Assembly: GCA_019058275.1 (NCBI GenBank)
Contig: JAHLVW010000015.1
Coordinates: forward strand, 64,001-128,000
Source: Candidatus Heimdallarchaeota archaeon
Lineage (GTDB): Archaea > Asgardarchaeota > Heimdallarchaeia > JABLTI01
Direction: 5' to 3'
Length of the DNA stretch: 64,000 bases
Part shown: positions 48,463 to 58,489 of the stretch, in pieces
Position numbering within the stretch: the stretch's first letter is position 1
How the letters are laid out: every line of letters begins with the position of its first letter
Notes under the pieces: generated by a model
Database searches by the model: none
What the model was told of the DNA's origin: nothing
The model's input: the letters and a program-made list of their open reading frames with translations, nothing else
Position numbers and translations under genes: made by a program

Positions 48463-51400
48463 ATGAGAGAAGAGATGATTCTGCTTTCCAATAAAAATTA
48501 TAAGCAAATGCTATTTGTGATTTTATTTATTGAAATATTGCTAGTGAATATAGCTTTTTCAGAGAATAATGGGAGAATACAAGCTTCATATAATAGCAAA
48601 AAGTGTAACAGTTCTGATGAAAAGTTTAGCTCAGCAGATACTCTCTCTGAAAATCCTTTGATTTCATCAACTGTAAACAGTGAATCTAGTATAGGAGTGA
48701 GCAGTTATGGAATCCAAGCGGAAAATTACACAAGCTATTTGTGGACAATAGACACAGTGCTTCAAAATGATGTCAGTTATGTTTTTGATTTGAAGATAGT
48801 TGCTGACAGCGAAGATAACATACATGTAATAATACTTGGAAAAATAAATGATAATATAGGAATATATCATAAGATATTTTTCAAAAACAATCAATCTTGG
48901 AATGAATTAAAGTTTATAGGAACAGCTGCAACTAGCTCATACCTTTCCACAATGGATGTTGTAGCTGGTCGAAATGGTACAATCCACTTAACCTACCAAC
49001 TTTCTGGAGTTTGGTATCGGTTGTTTAGAAATGAAATGTGGGAGGATGGCATTCTGATTAGTTCTGGTATTCGACCGAAAATACAAACAAGTTTTAATGG
49101 ACTCCCTAAAATCTTTTTCTATGATGATTGGAATTATGAGGATGGAAGATGGAATCCAGAAACATTTTGCCTTGCAGAACAATTAATAAACAGCACATGG
49201 GCAGATAATAGGTTTTTTGATCCTTTCCCATATGGTGTTTTTAATTATGATTTAGCTATAAGTTACAGAAATCATCAAGAAATTGTAGATATGTATGTTT
49301 GTGGGATTGAGAGTATCTATGATTGGGATATCCATCAATATATAGGGAAAAGATATAATTTCTATCATATTTCAAAATCAAATATTTCTGATGATTTATC
49401 TTCAATTAGTAATTTCCAAAATTATGTAGGGCATTATTTTGTACCTTATGGACAAGTAGAATCATTACTGATAGCTGACCATGATGGAATACTCCACTTA
49501 TTTGCGAATATCCCTTACATGACTGAAAACAGATTATATTATCAAACATATAATGGTACTGTTTGGAAAGATCCTATTACTTTAGCTCAAAGAACGACAG
49601 ACTATCTCAATATCCGTGCAAACAAAGCAGCTGCTGTAGAACCATCTAACAGATTAGCATTTATCTGGTCATATGGAGATAGTATTAATTATTTGATGGT
49701 CGGAAAAATGCAACTGAAAACCTATCAAGAAGCTAATGGGTGGTCCGAAACAGAAGACCTACACAGCTACATAACCTATGCAAAATACCCCAACATAGTG
49801 TTTGATTCCATAGGAGATGCTCACTTAGTTTGGTGGGAAATGGTTGATGATGAACAAACAATACGATATAAATACGGATATGGTGACAGTGATGGAGATG
49901 GACTACTAAATAAAGATGAACAAGAAATTTATGGTACTGATCCATTTGATTTTGATACTGATGATGATGAATTCTCTGATGGGGAAGAAATAAGTTTAGG
50001 ATTTGACCCCCTTAATCCTGATGAAGATGGGGATGGCATGTACGATGGTTGGGAGTATCATCATGGATTAGATCCTTATATTGATGATTCAAATGATGAT
50101 TTAGATATTGATCTGCTGTTAAACATTGAAGAATTTTTAGTGGGAACCTACCCAGATAGTAACGATACAGATGCAGATGATGTGAGCGATTATGATGAAG
50201 TGAAAATTTATTTTACTAATCCTTTACATGAGGATACTGATGGTGATCAAGTTCTAGATGGCATAGAGATTTATGATTTAAATTCGAATCCTAATAATAC
50301 TGATACAGATGCCGATGGTATGGATGATTATTATGAGTATACATGGCAAGTTGTTCTTGATATCTTAGTGAATGATTCCTATCAGGATCCTGATGGAGAT
50401 GGTTTGCTGAATATCTATGAATACCAATGGAATATCAATCCAAACAATCCAGATCATGATGGTGACGGATTGAATGATTATGATGAAGTAATTGTCTACT
50501 TCACTCAACCAACTATACCCGATACTGATGGAGACGGACTCTCAGACGGAGAAGAAGTCCATACATATGGTACGGACCCAAATGAAATGGATTCAGATAA
50601 TGATTATGTTGATGACAAGGTAGAAATTGATAATGGGTTTGATCCCTTAAATAATGATACAGATAATGATTTAATGCTTGATGGGTATGAATGGCTATTT
50701 GGACTCGACCCATTAAATGCTGCTGATGCTAATTATGACTATGATTCAGATGGATTAGTGAATTATCAAGAATCATTGTACTGGTCTGATCCTTTCTCAG
50801 AAGATACTGATAACGATAATTTAACTGATAAAGAAGAGGTTGATATTGGCACTAATCCAATCCTGCCAGATACTGATGGAGACTTATTAGACGATTATTT
50901 AGAAATCATGTTTTTGCATACAAATGCTACAAATGTTGATACCGATTATGATGGGTTAACCGATTATCAAGAATATATAATTTATCAAACAAATCCTACA
51001 ATCGCCGACACAGATGAGGATTTTTTAGGTGATGGTGATGAAGTGTTAATCTATGGTACTAATCCACTCAAGGAAGATACAGACGGCGAAGGACTTAGTG
51101 ATGGAGATGAGGTTGCCTTAGGAACTAATCCATTAAATAGAGACACAGAAGGTGATGGTATGGATGATTTTTGGGAGATAAGCAACAACCTTAATCCTTT
51201 GGCAGATGATGCTTCAGGTGATGCTGATAGTGATGGTGTTTCTAATCTTACTGAATATCAATTTGCTTCTAATCCACAAGAAAGAGATACTGATCAAGAT
51301 GAATTAACAGATTATCAAGAAATCTATGAATATGGAACATCTCCAATAAACAATGATACAGATTTTGATGGTTTAACTGACTATGATGAGTTGATGATTT

Positions 51401-51708
51401 ATCACACTTCACCTCTTGACATAGACACTGATGATGATAGAATAAATGATGGGGAAGAAGTACTCATCGGTACCAATCCCACATTGTTTGATACTGATGG
51501 TGATGGTGTTGGTGATGGTCAAGAAATAAAAGATGGTACTGATCCTCTTAATCCAAATGATAATAAACTTAAAAATGTTCGTAATTTTGTAATTGGATTG
51601 ACTATAATTGCAATCAATTTTCTATTCCTATATTACTTCATTCCAACCTTTGTAATGAAAATTAGAACTAGAAAAGTTCGTAAAGAGCTGAATTCTAAGT
51701 CATTTTAG
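48463..51708 (+). CDS. Surface protein with a putative beta-propeller, a long TSP3-like repeat stalk and a C-terminal TM helix
   Basis: DS.G..H.VW-type blade motifs; about 560 aa of DTDGDGL.D..E repeats; TM anchor and basic tail. Confidence 0.8.
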   Translation: MREEMILLSNKNYKQMLFVILFIEILLVNIAFSENNGRIQASYNSKKCNSSDEKFSSADTLSENPLISSTVNSESSIGVSSYGIQAENYTSYLWTIDTVLQNDVSYVFDLKIVADSEDNIHVIILGKINDNIGIYHKIFFKNNQSWNELKFIGTAATSSYLSTMDVVAGRNGTIHLTYQLSGVWYRLFRNEMWEDGILISSGIRPKIQTSFNGLPKIFFYDDWNYEDGRWNPETFCLAEQLINSTWADNRFFDPFPYGVFNYDLAISYRNHQEIVDMYVCGIESIYDWDIHQYIGKRYNFYHISKSNISDDLSSISNFQNYVGHYFVPYGQVESLLIADHDGILHLFANIPYMTENRLYYQTYNGTVWKDPITLAQRTTDYLNIRANKAAAVEPSNRLAFIWSYGDSINYLMVGKMQLKTYQEANGWSETEDLHSYITYAKYPNIVFDSIGDAHLVWWEMVDDEQTIRYKYGYGDSDGDGLLNKDEQEIYGTDPFDFDTDDDEFSDGEEISLGFDPLNPDEDGDGMYDGWEYHHGLDPYIDDSNDDLDIDLLLNIEEFLVGTYPDSNDTDADDVSDYDEVKIYFTNPLHEDTDGDQVLDGIEIYDLNSNPNNTDTDADGMDDYYEYTWQVVLDILVNDSYQDPDGDGLLNIYEYQWNINPNNPDHDGDGLNDYDEVIVYFTQPTIPDTDGDGLSDGEEVHTYGTDPNEMDSDNDYVDDKVEIDNGFDPLNNDTDNDLMLDGYEWLFGLDPLNAADANYDYDSDGLVNYQESLYWSDPFSEDTDNDNLTDKEEVDIGTNPILPDTDGDLLDDYLEIMFLHTNATNVDTDYDGLTDYQEYIIYQTNPTIADTDEDFLGDGDEVLIYGTNPLKEDTDGEGLSDGDEVALGTNPLNRDTEGDGMDDFWEISNNLNPLADDASGDADSDGVSNLTEYQFASNPQERDTDQDELTDYQEIYEYGTSPINNDTDFDGLTDYDELMIYHTSPLDIDTDDDRINDGEEVLIGTNPTLFDTDGDGVGDGQEIKDGTDPLNPNDNKLKNVRNFVIGLTIIAINFLFLYYFIPTFVMKIRTRKVRKELNSKSF
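49882..51565 (+). repeat. Intragenic TSP3-like Asp-rich repeat tract
   Basis: More than 20 units of about 23 aa, D(T/S)DxDxL.D..E....TNP. Confidence 0.8.
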
Positions 51709-51945
51709 AATTGAATATGAGAAAACATGAGCGTTATTAACTATCTTGAGTTTCTGATGATGAATTTACTTAGTGTATTTAGTGTTACTGTTAAAAGACA
51801 TAGTAAGAAAAAAGCAAGTCACATTTTGTGACCTCATTTTGAGTCTTCAAACTGTGAATCTGCTTTAAATATCATTTTCAGTATGTGTATCTTGTGTGGT
51901 GATATCTATGATAGAAAAAATAACAGTTAGAAAACAAAGGAAAGA

Positions 51946-52107
51946 CTTCCGAAAGGAGATTCGAGTTCCTGATATGTTTGCAAATAAGAAAATTATCCCT
52001 TATTAAAAACGAATGAATGCCCAGTCCCCAAAGTATTACTCATTTTGTCTCCGAGATGAGTTGAATTCTAGAAGGGTTAGAGTTTGTCAGGAACTCCAAT
52101 CCTTCTA
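51946..52107 (+). ncRNA. Putative structured RNA or leader upstream of dhs
   Basis: GAAA-tetraloop hairpin 51947-51958; ACTCAT/ATGAGT hairpin 52038-52061; long hairpin 52069-52107; alternative helix 51963-51974 with 52085-52096. G-U pairs favour the plus strand. Confidence 0.35.
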
Positions 52108-52182
52108 CTTATCCGTGATTATTTCGCATTATATGTCACTAATTTTTTAAGTCTCTTCTATTAGCAACATTATAGTGTTTAT

Positions 52183-53139
52183 TTGGAGTTTTGCGTTTTG
52201 CCTAAGAAAAGCTCAAGTCACAAGCTTAAAGTCGTTAAACATGCGAATATCTGGAAAAATATGACTGTAGCAGATTTGCTTAAAGAATACAAGAAAATCG
52301 GCTTTAGCGGTAAAGAGCTTGCTAAAGCTCGTGATGTTATGAAAGCAATGCTTGAGGATAAGGATTGTATTAAATTCGCCACTCTTGCTGGTGCTCTTAT
52401 TCCTGGTGGTCTGAAAAAAGTTATCTACAGTTTAATTGAAAATGATTTGGTTGATGCATTAATAGTTACTGGTTCAATTCTCACACATGACTTGATTGAA
52501 GCCTTTGGTGAAGCTCATTTCCATGCTCCATTAAAAGTTCCTGATTATGAATTACAAAAGCAAGAGCTCAATCGAATCTACAATGTTGTAGTACCAACAA
52601 AAGGCTATCGAGATTTAGAGGATGGGTTACAAGCAATTTTTCCTAAGCTCCCACAAGAAACCATGTCAGCTGCAAGATTTCTTCATGAGCTCGGTAAACA
52701 AATGCCTGTTAATTGTCTGGTAAAAATTACTGCGGAAAAAAATATCCCTATCTTTTGTCCCTCTTTACCAGATAGTATTCTTGGATTTCAAATCTGGATG
52801 TTCTCAAATCTACATAAACTAAAAGTTAATCCTTCACTGGATCAACAAGATTTATTGGACTTTACTTGGAAATCTGACGATGATCAAACTAGAGTAGGAG
52901 CACTAATTGTTGCTGGTGGTGTGCCAAAACATTTTCTGGCTTTAGCAGCTCAAATTGCAGGCAAATCACTTAACTATGCTGTCCAAATAACTATGGATCG
53001 TCCTGAGCATGGTGGTGTTAGTGGAGCATCAATAAGTGAAGCAGTTTCTTGGGGAAAAGTTGATGAAAAAGCAAAAACAGCTAATATTATTGCTGATGCT
53101 ACAATAGCTCTCCCTCTTTTGATAGCTTCTTTGCTATAA
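52183..53139 (+). CDS. dhs: Deoxyhypusine synthase family protein
   Basis: GALIPGGL, HDLIEA, PIFCPSL.DS, GGVPKH, GGVSGA..SEAVSWGK (catalytic Lys), DATIALPL. Confidence 0.92.
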   Translation: MEFCVLPKKSSSHKLKVVKHANIWKNMTVADLLKEYKKIGFSGKELAKARDVMKAMLEDKDCIKFATLAGALIPGGLKKVIYSLIENDLVDALIVTGSILTHDLIEAFGEAHFHAPLKVPDYELQKQELNRIYNVVVPTKGYRDLEDGLQAIFPKLPQETMSAARFLHELGKQMPVNCLVKITAEKNIPIFCPSLPDSILGFQIWMFSNLHKLKVNPSLDQQDLLDFTWKSDDDQTRVGALIVAGGVPKHFLALAAQIAGKSLNYAVQITMDRPEHGGVSGASISEAVSWGKVDEKAKTANIIADATIALPLLIASLL

Positions 53140-53311
53140 AATTACATTCAAACGCATAAAAAAGTTCAATCTAATTTGAACGAAAAGAAAAGATAAAATA
53201 CTAAAAAGACTATATATTATATATAAGAAATAAAGTAGTTCCCAAAAGTTTATTATAACTTTAAAATTCGCTTTTGGTAAATTTACATGATTTGATGGTT
53301 GTATTTGAATA

Positions 53312-53968
53312 TTGGAGGAAATGATTTCTAGAATGTCTACTCAAGACGCCAATTATAATTTACTTGAATCCGTTGTCCGAGAAATAGGTGGAGATGATGC
53401 TGTAAAAGTTGCATCCCTTCTCGACCCTACAGAAGAAACAACTGATGAAGCTATTGCTGCTGGAGCAGAGATGAAATTAAATGCGGTTCGTAAAGTTCTC
53501 TACCGATTGTATGATGCAAGACTAGCTGAATTTAGACGAATAAGGGATAAGAGTACAGGTTGGTTTATCTACTTCTGGCGTTTGAAGCCTAATAGAGTAG
53601 AAGAGCTAGTTATTAATCGTAAGAAAACTGTTTATCGAAAATTAAAGGCTCGATTGGATTACGAACAGAAATATCATTTCTTCAATTGTGATCAAAATTA
53701 TTGTCCAAGATATACTTTTGATGAAGCTATGGAAAATAACTTTAAATGTATTGAATGTAATGGTGAGCTTCGAGCTTTTGACAATTCTGATATTATTAAG
53801 AATCTTAGTAAAAAGGTCAAAGAATTGCGAAAATCATTAAAAGAATCTGGTGTGAATGTTGACCAAATAGACACTGGTATAGAGGAACAAACTGGTCAAA
53901 TTATTGCTACAACTAAACCTACAGCAACTGCTGATAGTACTGGTAATAGTTCACATGGTTCCAAATAA
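53312..53968 (+). CDS. tfe: Transcription factor E (TFIIE-alpha homologue)
   Basis: TDEAIA....KLNAVRKVLYRLY, RD..TGWFIYFW, F.EAMENNFKC..C zinc ribbon. True start is probably the ATG at 53321 or 53333. Confidence 0.93.
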   Translation: MEEMISRMSTQDANYNLLESVVREIGGDDAVKVASLLDPTEETTDEAIAAGAEMKLNAVRKVLYRLYDARLAEFRRIRDKSTGWFIYFWRLKPNRVEELVINRKKTVYRKLKARLDYEQKYHFFNCDQNYCPRYTFDEAMENNFKCIECNGELRAFDNSDIIKNLSKKVKELRKSLKESGVNVDQIDTGIEEQTGQIIATTKPTATADSTGNSSHGSK

Positions 53969-54017
53969 ACTCACTAAATTCTAGTTATTTGTTTTTGTAA
54001 ATGATATACATTATTTC

Positions 54018-54809
54018 ATGTTGGAGTGCGAAAGTATTTTGATAAAAGTTAGTTTAGCAACAAAGATTCATACAAAAAAGCGAGAATCATTTAGATTATT
54101 TGATAAAGAAGTAAGAGATGCAATAAAAGACCTTGATGTTTCTATTTCAGCTGTTATTTTTGAAGAAGCAGGATACGTCACTATATCCTTGAAAGGAGAT
54201 GATGAAATTGCAGCTGCTAACTACCTAACCTCTTTGTATGGCAAAAGAGCAAATCTAGGCGAGTTGAAGGAAGGGGATATTGTAAAAGGATACATTTGTT
54301 CTAGTGGTAAAGTTGGTTTCGGTATTTTTGTAGATATAGGTATCAAAGAACCTTATGCTGTCGATGCACTACTACCAATGTATGCTCTCAGAGAACAGCT
54401 TACAGAAAACAAGAAAGTTCCAGTAAGGAAGATAATTGATAGTTTTGGACTTGTTAACAACATTCCATTGGAATTAACTATCGTGAAAGCTAGCATTGGT
54501 TTGAAAAAGATTGAAGCAAAATTATCACAAAATCAACTTGAATTATTTGAACGTTGGATGGAAGAAAGTTTAGATAGACTCTATATTGTTGGTGCTTTTG
54601 AGAATGAAATAGAAAATGCATTAACTAGCACTAATCATGAAAAAGATATTATTTCAATTGAAAAACTTGGTTGGATGGAAAATATAATTTCATGCAAATT
54701 TAACACCAGTGCTAAAGGTCTTATCCCAATATTAGGTCGAGTTTTACCAAAAGCAAAATTCGAGATTTTTTCTCCATCGAGAATAAAGAAAGTATTGAAG
54801 GAAAACTAG
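54018..54809 (+). CDS. Conserved archaeal S1/OB-fold-like protein (DUF2110-like)
   Basis: GDDE.AAANYL...YG, GKVGFGIFVDIG; position downstream of tfe. Confidence 0.7.
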   Translation: MLECESILIKVSLATKIHTKKRESFRLFDKEVRDAIKDLDVSISAVIFEEAGYVTISLKGDDEIAAANYLTSLYGKRANLGELKEGDIVKGYICSSGKVGFGIFVDIGIKEPYAVDALLPMYALREQLTENKKVPVRKIIDSFGLVNNIPLELTIVKASIGLKKIEAKLSQNQLELFERWMEESLDRLYIVGAFENEIENALTSTNHEKDIISIEKLGWMENIISCKFNTSAKGLIPILGRVLPKAKFEIFSPSRIKKVLKEN

Positions 54810-55477
54810 GTATCTATTTTGTTTTCTTCTTTTAATTCTTCTTCATCTACCAAAACTTCCTTCTTTATCAATCCATGGATTAAATTGTAAAGAATTTCAA
54901 CAATATCCTCAATACTTTGTTCACTGTCAATTAGGAAATAATTTCCTACTTGATCATTGTTATATATCTCTAGAAAAAGGTCCCTAACTTGCTGTAGGTA
55001 TTGCTGCCCTTCAAAGGTATTGATTTTTGATCTATCCTTTACAATTCTTTGAATAGCAACTTTAACATCTAGATCAAAAATTATTGTTAAATCTGGTTCC
55101 GGGAATTTATCCCTATTCGTGTTAAGTATACTCTCCCAATCATTATTATTACGAACACCTTGATAGCAAGCAGTTGAAAAGAAGTATCTATCCATAAAAA
55201 CAATCTTTTTCTCTTCCAAAGCTGGAAGAATTCGATGTTCAACATCCCATCCTCTATCTTCCAAAAACCATTGTAGTTCAGTTTCAAGTGAAGGTCTGTC
55301 ATTCACATAGCTTTCTCTAATTTTCTTACCAGCTTCAGTTATATTTGTAGGTTCTTTGAATATTTCAATTGTAAAGCTCAGTGCTTCAAAACGTTTCTTA
55401 AGCATTATAGCTAGAGATGTTTTCCCTGTACCATCAATTCCTTCAAATGCTATTAACAGACCTTTTTTCATTTTCAC
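54806..55477 (-). CDS. tmk: Thymidylate kinase
   Basis: FEGIDGTGKTS, KEP, DRYFFSTACYQG, PEPDL. Confidence 0.93.
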   Translation of the reverse strand: MKMKKGLLIAFEGIDGTGKTSLAIMLKKRFEALSFTIEIFKEPTNITEAGKKIRESYVNDRPSLETELQWFLEDRGWDVEHRILPALEEKKIVFMDRYFFSTACYQGVRNNNDWESILNTNRDKFPEPDLTIIFDLDVKVAIQRIVKDRSKINTFEGQQYLQQVRDLFLEIYNNDQVGNYFLIDSEQSIEDIVEILYNLIHGLIKKEVLVDEEELKEENKIDT

Positions 55478-55588
55478 AATAATCTATCCTAATTGTTTTT
55501 ACTCAATAAACTATTCTAGCTTGAAAATTAAAAAGTATTATTATTTTATATTAATAAAAAAGCTGTGAAAGGATAAATCCTTACACAA

Positions 55589-57475
55589 TTAATTCATCTG
55601 AGAGAAGATTGGACGTAGTGTTAGCAATTGAGATAGAGTTAAAGGAACAAAAGGCAAACCTTCTGTTTCATCTTTTATACGCTTAATTAATGCTTTTTCA
55701 GTCATTGGTTTCTCTTGTCGTCCCTCACGTCTTATACGTACATTGAATTTAACTGAATCAATTTCCTTATCGCCAATAACAAGAATATAAGGAATCCATT
55801 CTTGTTCTGCTTTTCTTATTTTCTTTCCTATTCGTTCAGAACGATCGTCGATATCCACTCTGATTTTATGTTTAGTCAATTTCTTAACTAGCTTTTTACT
55901 AAAGGCTAAATGTTCTTCAGTTATTGGCAATAGTCTTACTTGAACAGGTGAAAGCCAAACTGGAAATGCAGGTGCTTTTCCTTGTTGTTGTTCGGTATAT
56001 GCTTTTTCAAGTAAAGCATAAACAATACGCTCAATAGCTCCAGATATGCTTGTATGAAGTATTAATGGTCGTTGTTTTTCATTGTTAGAATCAATGTAGC
56101 TAATATTAAATCTCTCTGAGTTCTCGACATCGATTTGAACCGTGCTTAATGCAGCAGCTTTGTCTTGATTGTCTATGAAATTGAATTCAAATTTAGTAAT
56201 GAAGTAAGCATATCTTTTATCAAACAATTCAATTAAAGCTGGTCTCTTTCTTGCTTTAACCATCTCAATGTACCAATCTTTGTTCTCCTTAAAGAAATCC
56301 TTTTGAGCACGAAAAGCTGATTCGTAATCTAGTTCAAAATAATCAAGATTCTTTGCTGAAAGCTCATATTGTTCATTGAAATACTTCTTTGCTTCCCTTA
56401 TATCTTTACATAGTGTATGCATATCTGGCATGGTAAAGGTTCGTAATCTTCGTAAAGCAGCAACCTCACCTCTTTGCTCACGTCTAAAGGAATAATGAGT
56501 CATTTCAAAGAGTTTTATTGGGAGATTATTATGTGAAATTTGAGCATCAGCACTAATTAGAAATTGTCCAAAACATGCAGCAAATCGTAGAAAATAATTA
56601 TCAGTACCTGATTTTAGCACATATTGCCTTGCAGGAAAACGATGCATGTATTCCTCTATCGCGGGATGTGTATAACTATACATGATTGGACTTTCGATAG
56701 GCATTGCCCCATACTCTATAGTCATATCTTTTACTAGTTCCTCTATCAAGTATTTCATAATCCATCCTTTAGGATACCAACGATAGTTTCCAGCATCACT
56801 TCCAGGTTCATAATCTACGAGTTCTAGCTTTCTCATTAAATTAGCATGTGGTGGAGGAATATCAGATGAGCGTTTTTTTGCAGTTTCATAGTTTGCAAAT
56901 TTCTGTAGATTTTTGTGCTTGTTAAAATTGTAGTCTTTTACCGGGATTAATGTTCCATCGGGATCCATTATGAAGAATTCATGTTTTAATTCTTCCTCGC
57001 CTCTAAGAGCAGCACTTTCAACAGATTCATCTTTCTCTTTTACTTTAGTTACTTCTCCAACTACAATTGACCTTGAAAGCTCAGATAATGGATGTCCTTT
57101 ACACTTGATATCGAATGCTTTATACCAACCAAAAGGAGCACGTGTAACAGTGTAGCCTTTCTTCTTAAGGACAGTTTCCATGTCTTTTAGTACTCTTAAA
57201 GCAATATCTGGTCTTGAAGGATTATTAGATAAATGAACCCAAGGATATAATACAACATTCTTGGAACCAACTTGATCTGAGACAGCTTCAACTTCAGTAA
57301 CAGCTTTTTTACTAACTTCTTCAAAATGCTCTTCATCGTTTTTTTCAACAGAAGAGAACACAACTAGACATTCTTCAACACGTCTTAGCTTTTTCTCAAT
57401 TTCCTCTGCTGCCTTTATTGCTTTCTTTTTTGGTTCGAATTCTATGAAATCTGAATGAACAATTAAAATACGCAA
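55589..57475 (-). CDS. thrS: Threonyl-tRNA synthetase, archaeal type with N-terminal editing domain
   Basis: RAPFGWYKAF..CKGHPLSELSR, LRFAACFGQF, RLRTFTMPDMH, ILHTS.SG.IER. Confidence 0.97.
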   Translation of the reverse strand: MRILIVHSDFIEFEPKKKAIKAAEEIEKKLRRVEECLVVFSSVEKNDEEHFEEVSKKAVTEVEAVSDQVGSKNVVLYPWVHLSNNPSRPDIALRVLKDMETVLKKKGYTVTRAPFGWYKAFDIKCKGHPLSELSRSIVVGEVTKVKEKDESVESAALRGEEELKHEFFIMDPDGTLIPVKDYNFNKHKNLQKFANYETAKKRSSDIPPPHANLMRKLELVDYEPGSDAGNYRWYPKGWIMKYLIEELVKDMTIEYGAMPIESPIMYSYTHPAIEEYMHRFPARQYVLKSGTDNYFLRFAACFGQFLISADAQISHNNLPIKLFEMTHYSFRREQRGEVAALRRLRTFTMPDMHTLCKDIREAKKYFNEQYELSAKNLDYFELDYESAFRAQKDFFKENKDWYIEMVKARKRPALIELFDKRYAYFITKFEFNFIDNQDKAAALSTVQIDVENSERFNISYIDSNNEKQRPLILHTSISGAIERIVYALLEKAYTEQQQGKAPAFPVWLSPVQVRLLPITEEHLAFSKKLVKKLTKHKIRVDIDDRSERIGKKIRKAEQEWIPYILVIGDKEIDSVKFNVRIRREGRQEKPMTEKALIKRIKDETEGLPFVPLTLSQLLTLRPIFSQMN

Positions 57476-57591
57476 AATTAACCACCTATAATTTGCGATA
57501 AATCTATACTTATCTGTTTTAGATGAATTCTTTCGAACTTTGCATTAATAAAAGCTTTTGGAAATAGTAGGGAAATAGAGGAAAGAACAGC

Positions 57592-58425
57592 TTATTTTAG
57601 CATCTTCATTATAGCATAATCGATTATAGATGTTGGTAAGAACTCAAGAAGTCTTCGTGTTTTATGATTCTTAACCTTGTAACGAGCTTTGACTCTCTTT
57701 TTATGAAGAGCCTTGTAAACAGCTTTTGCAACATGTTTTGGGTCAGATCCTTTTTCCAGTTCTTTTTCACAAGTAACAATTACTTGTTCAATGAGATTCC
57801 TAAACATTGTTTTCTCTATGTCAATATCCTCAGCATATGTGCAATAGATTTTTTCTAAAAGATCAGTCTTTATTGCTCCGGCTTGTAAATGAACTACTTT
57901 AATTCCTTGAAACATAACTTCTCTTCTTAGTGCATCTGAAAAAGCCTCGAGAGCAAATTTACTCATTGAATAGGGACCATTTAACGGAAATGCTATTCTC
58001 CCAGCTTCTGAACCAATGTTAATGATCCTGCCTTTTCTTGCTAAAATTAATGGATAGAGAGCTTTGGTTACTTTGTAAGTACCTATAACATTGACATCGA
58101 TTATCTTTTGCATTTTTTTTTCGGAAACTTCAATTAAGGGGCCACCAACAAATAATCCAGCATTGTTAACTAATCCATCTATTCCTTCAGATATTTCTAG
58201 TATCTTTTCTTTTGCATCTTTGATTGATTGTAAATTAGTAATATCTAATAAAAGAGTGCTAATGTTTTCTCTCCCTTTTAGTTCATTCAAAGCTTTCTCA
58301 TCTATATCAGTAGCTATAACGTGATCTCCTTTTTGTGTCAAGTACTCTGTAATAGTCAATCCTATGCCATTTGCTGCTCCTGTAACGAGAACTATTTTCT
58401 GTTCTTTACCCATATTTGGAAACAT
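57592..58425 (-). CDS. Short-chain dehydrogenase/reductase
   Basis: TGAANGIG, NNAG, catalytic S and YSMSK. Confidence 0.93.
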   Translation of the reverse strand: MFPNMGKEQKIVLVTGAANGIGLTITEYLTQKGDHVIATDIDEKALNELKGRENISTLLLDITNLQSIKDAKEKILEISEGIDGLVNNAGLFVGGPLIEVSEKKMQKIIDVNVIGTYKVTKALYPLILARKGRIINIGSEAGRIAFPLNGPYSMSKFALEAFSDALRREVMFQGIKVVHLQAGAIKTDLLEKIYCTYAEDIDIEKTMFRNLIEQVIVTCEKELEKGSDPKHVAKAVYKALHKKRVKARYKVKNHKTRRLLEFLPTSIIDYAIMKMLK

Positions 58426-58489
58426 CCTAAATAGTTAGTAATAAATTCAAATTTTGAAGAACTAAGAACTTTAGTTCCTTTAAAATTAC

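Noticed and set aside
37297-51565. Periodic DNA repeats as a CRISPR array
   Set aside because: They are degenerate in-frame TSP3 coding repeats; no constant repeat-spacer structure and no cas genes.
51900-52130. RNase P RNA, SRP RNA or group II intron identity for the structured element
   Set aside because: Could not find the P4 consensus, the SRP helix-8 motif or a domain V.
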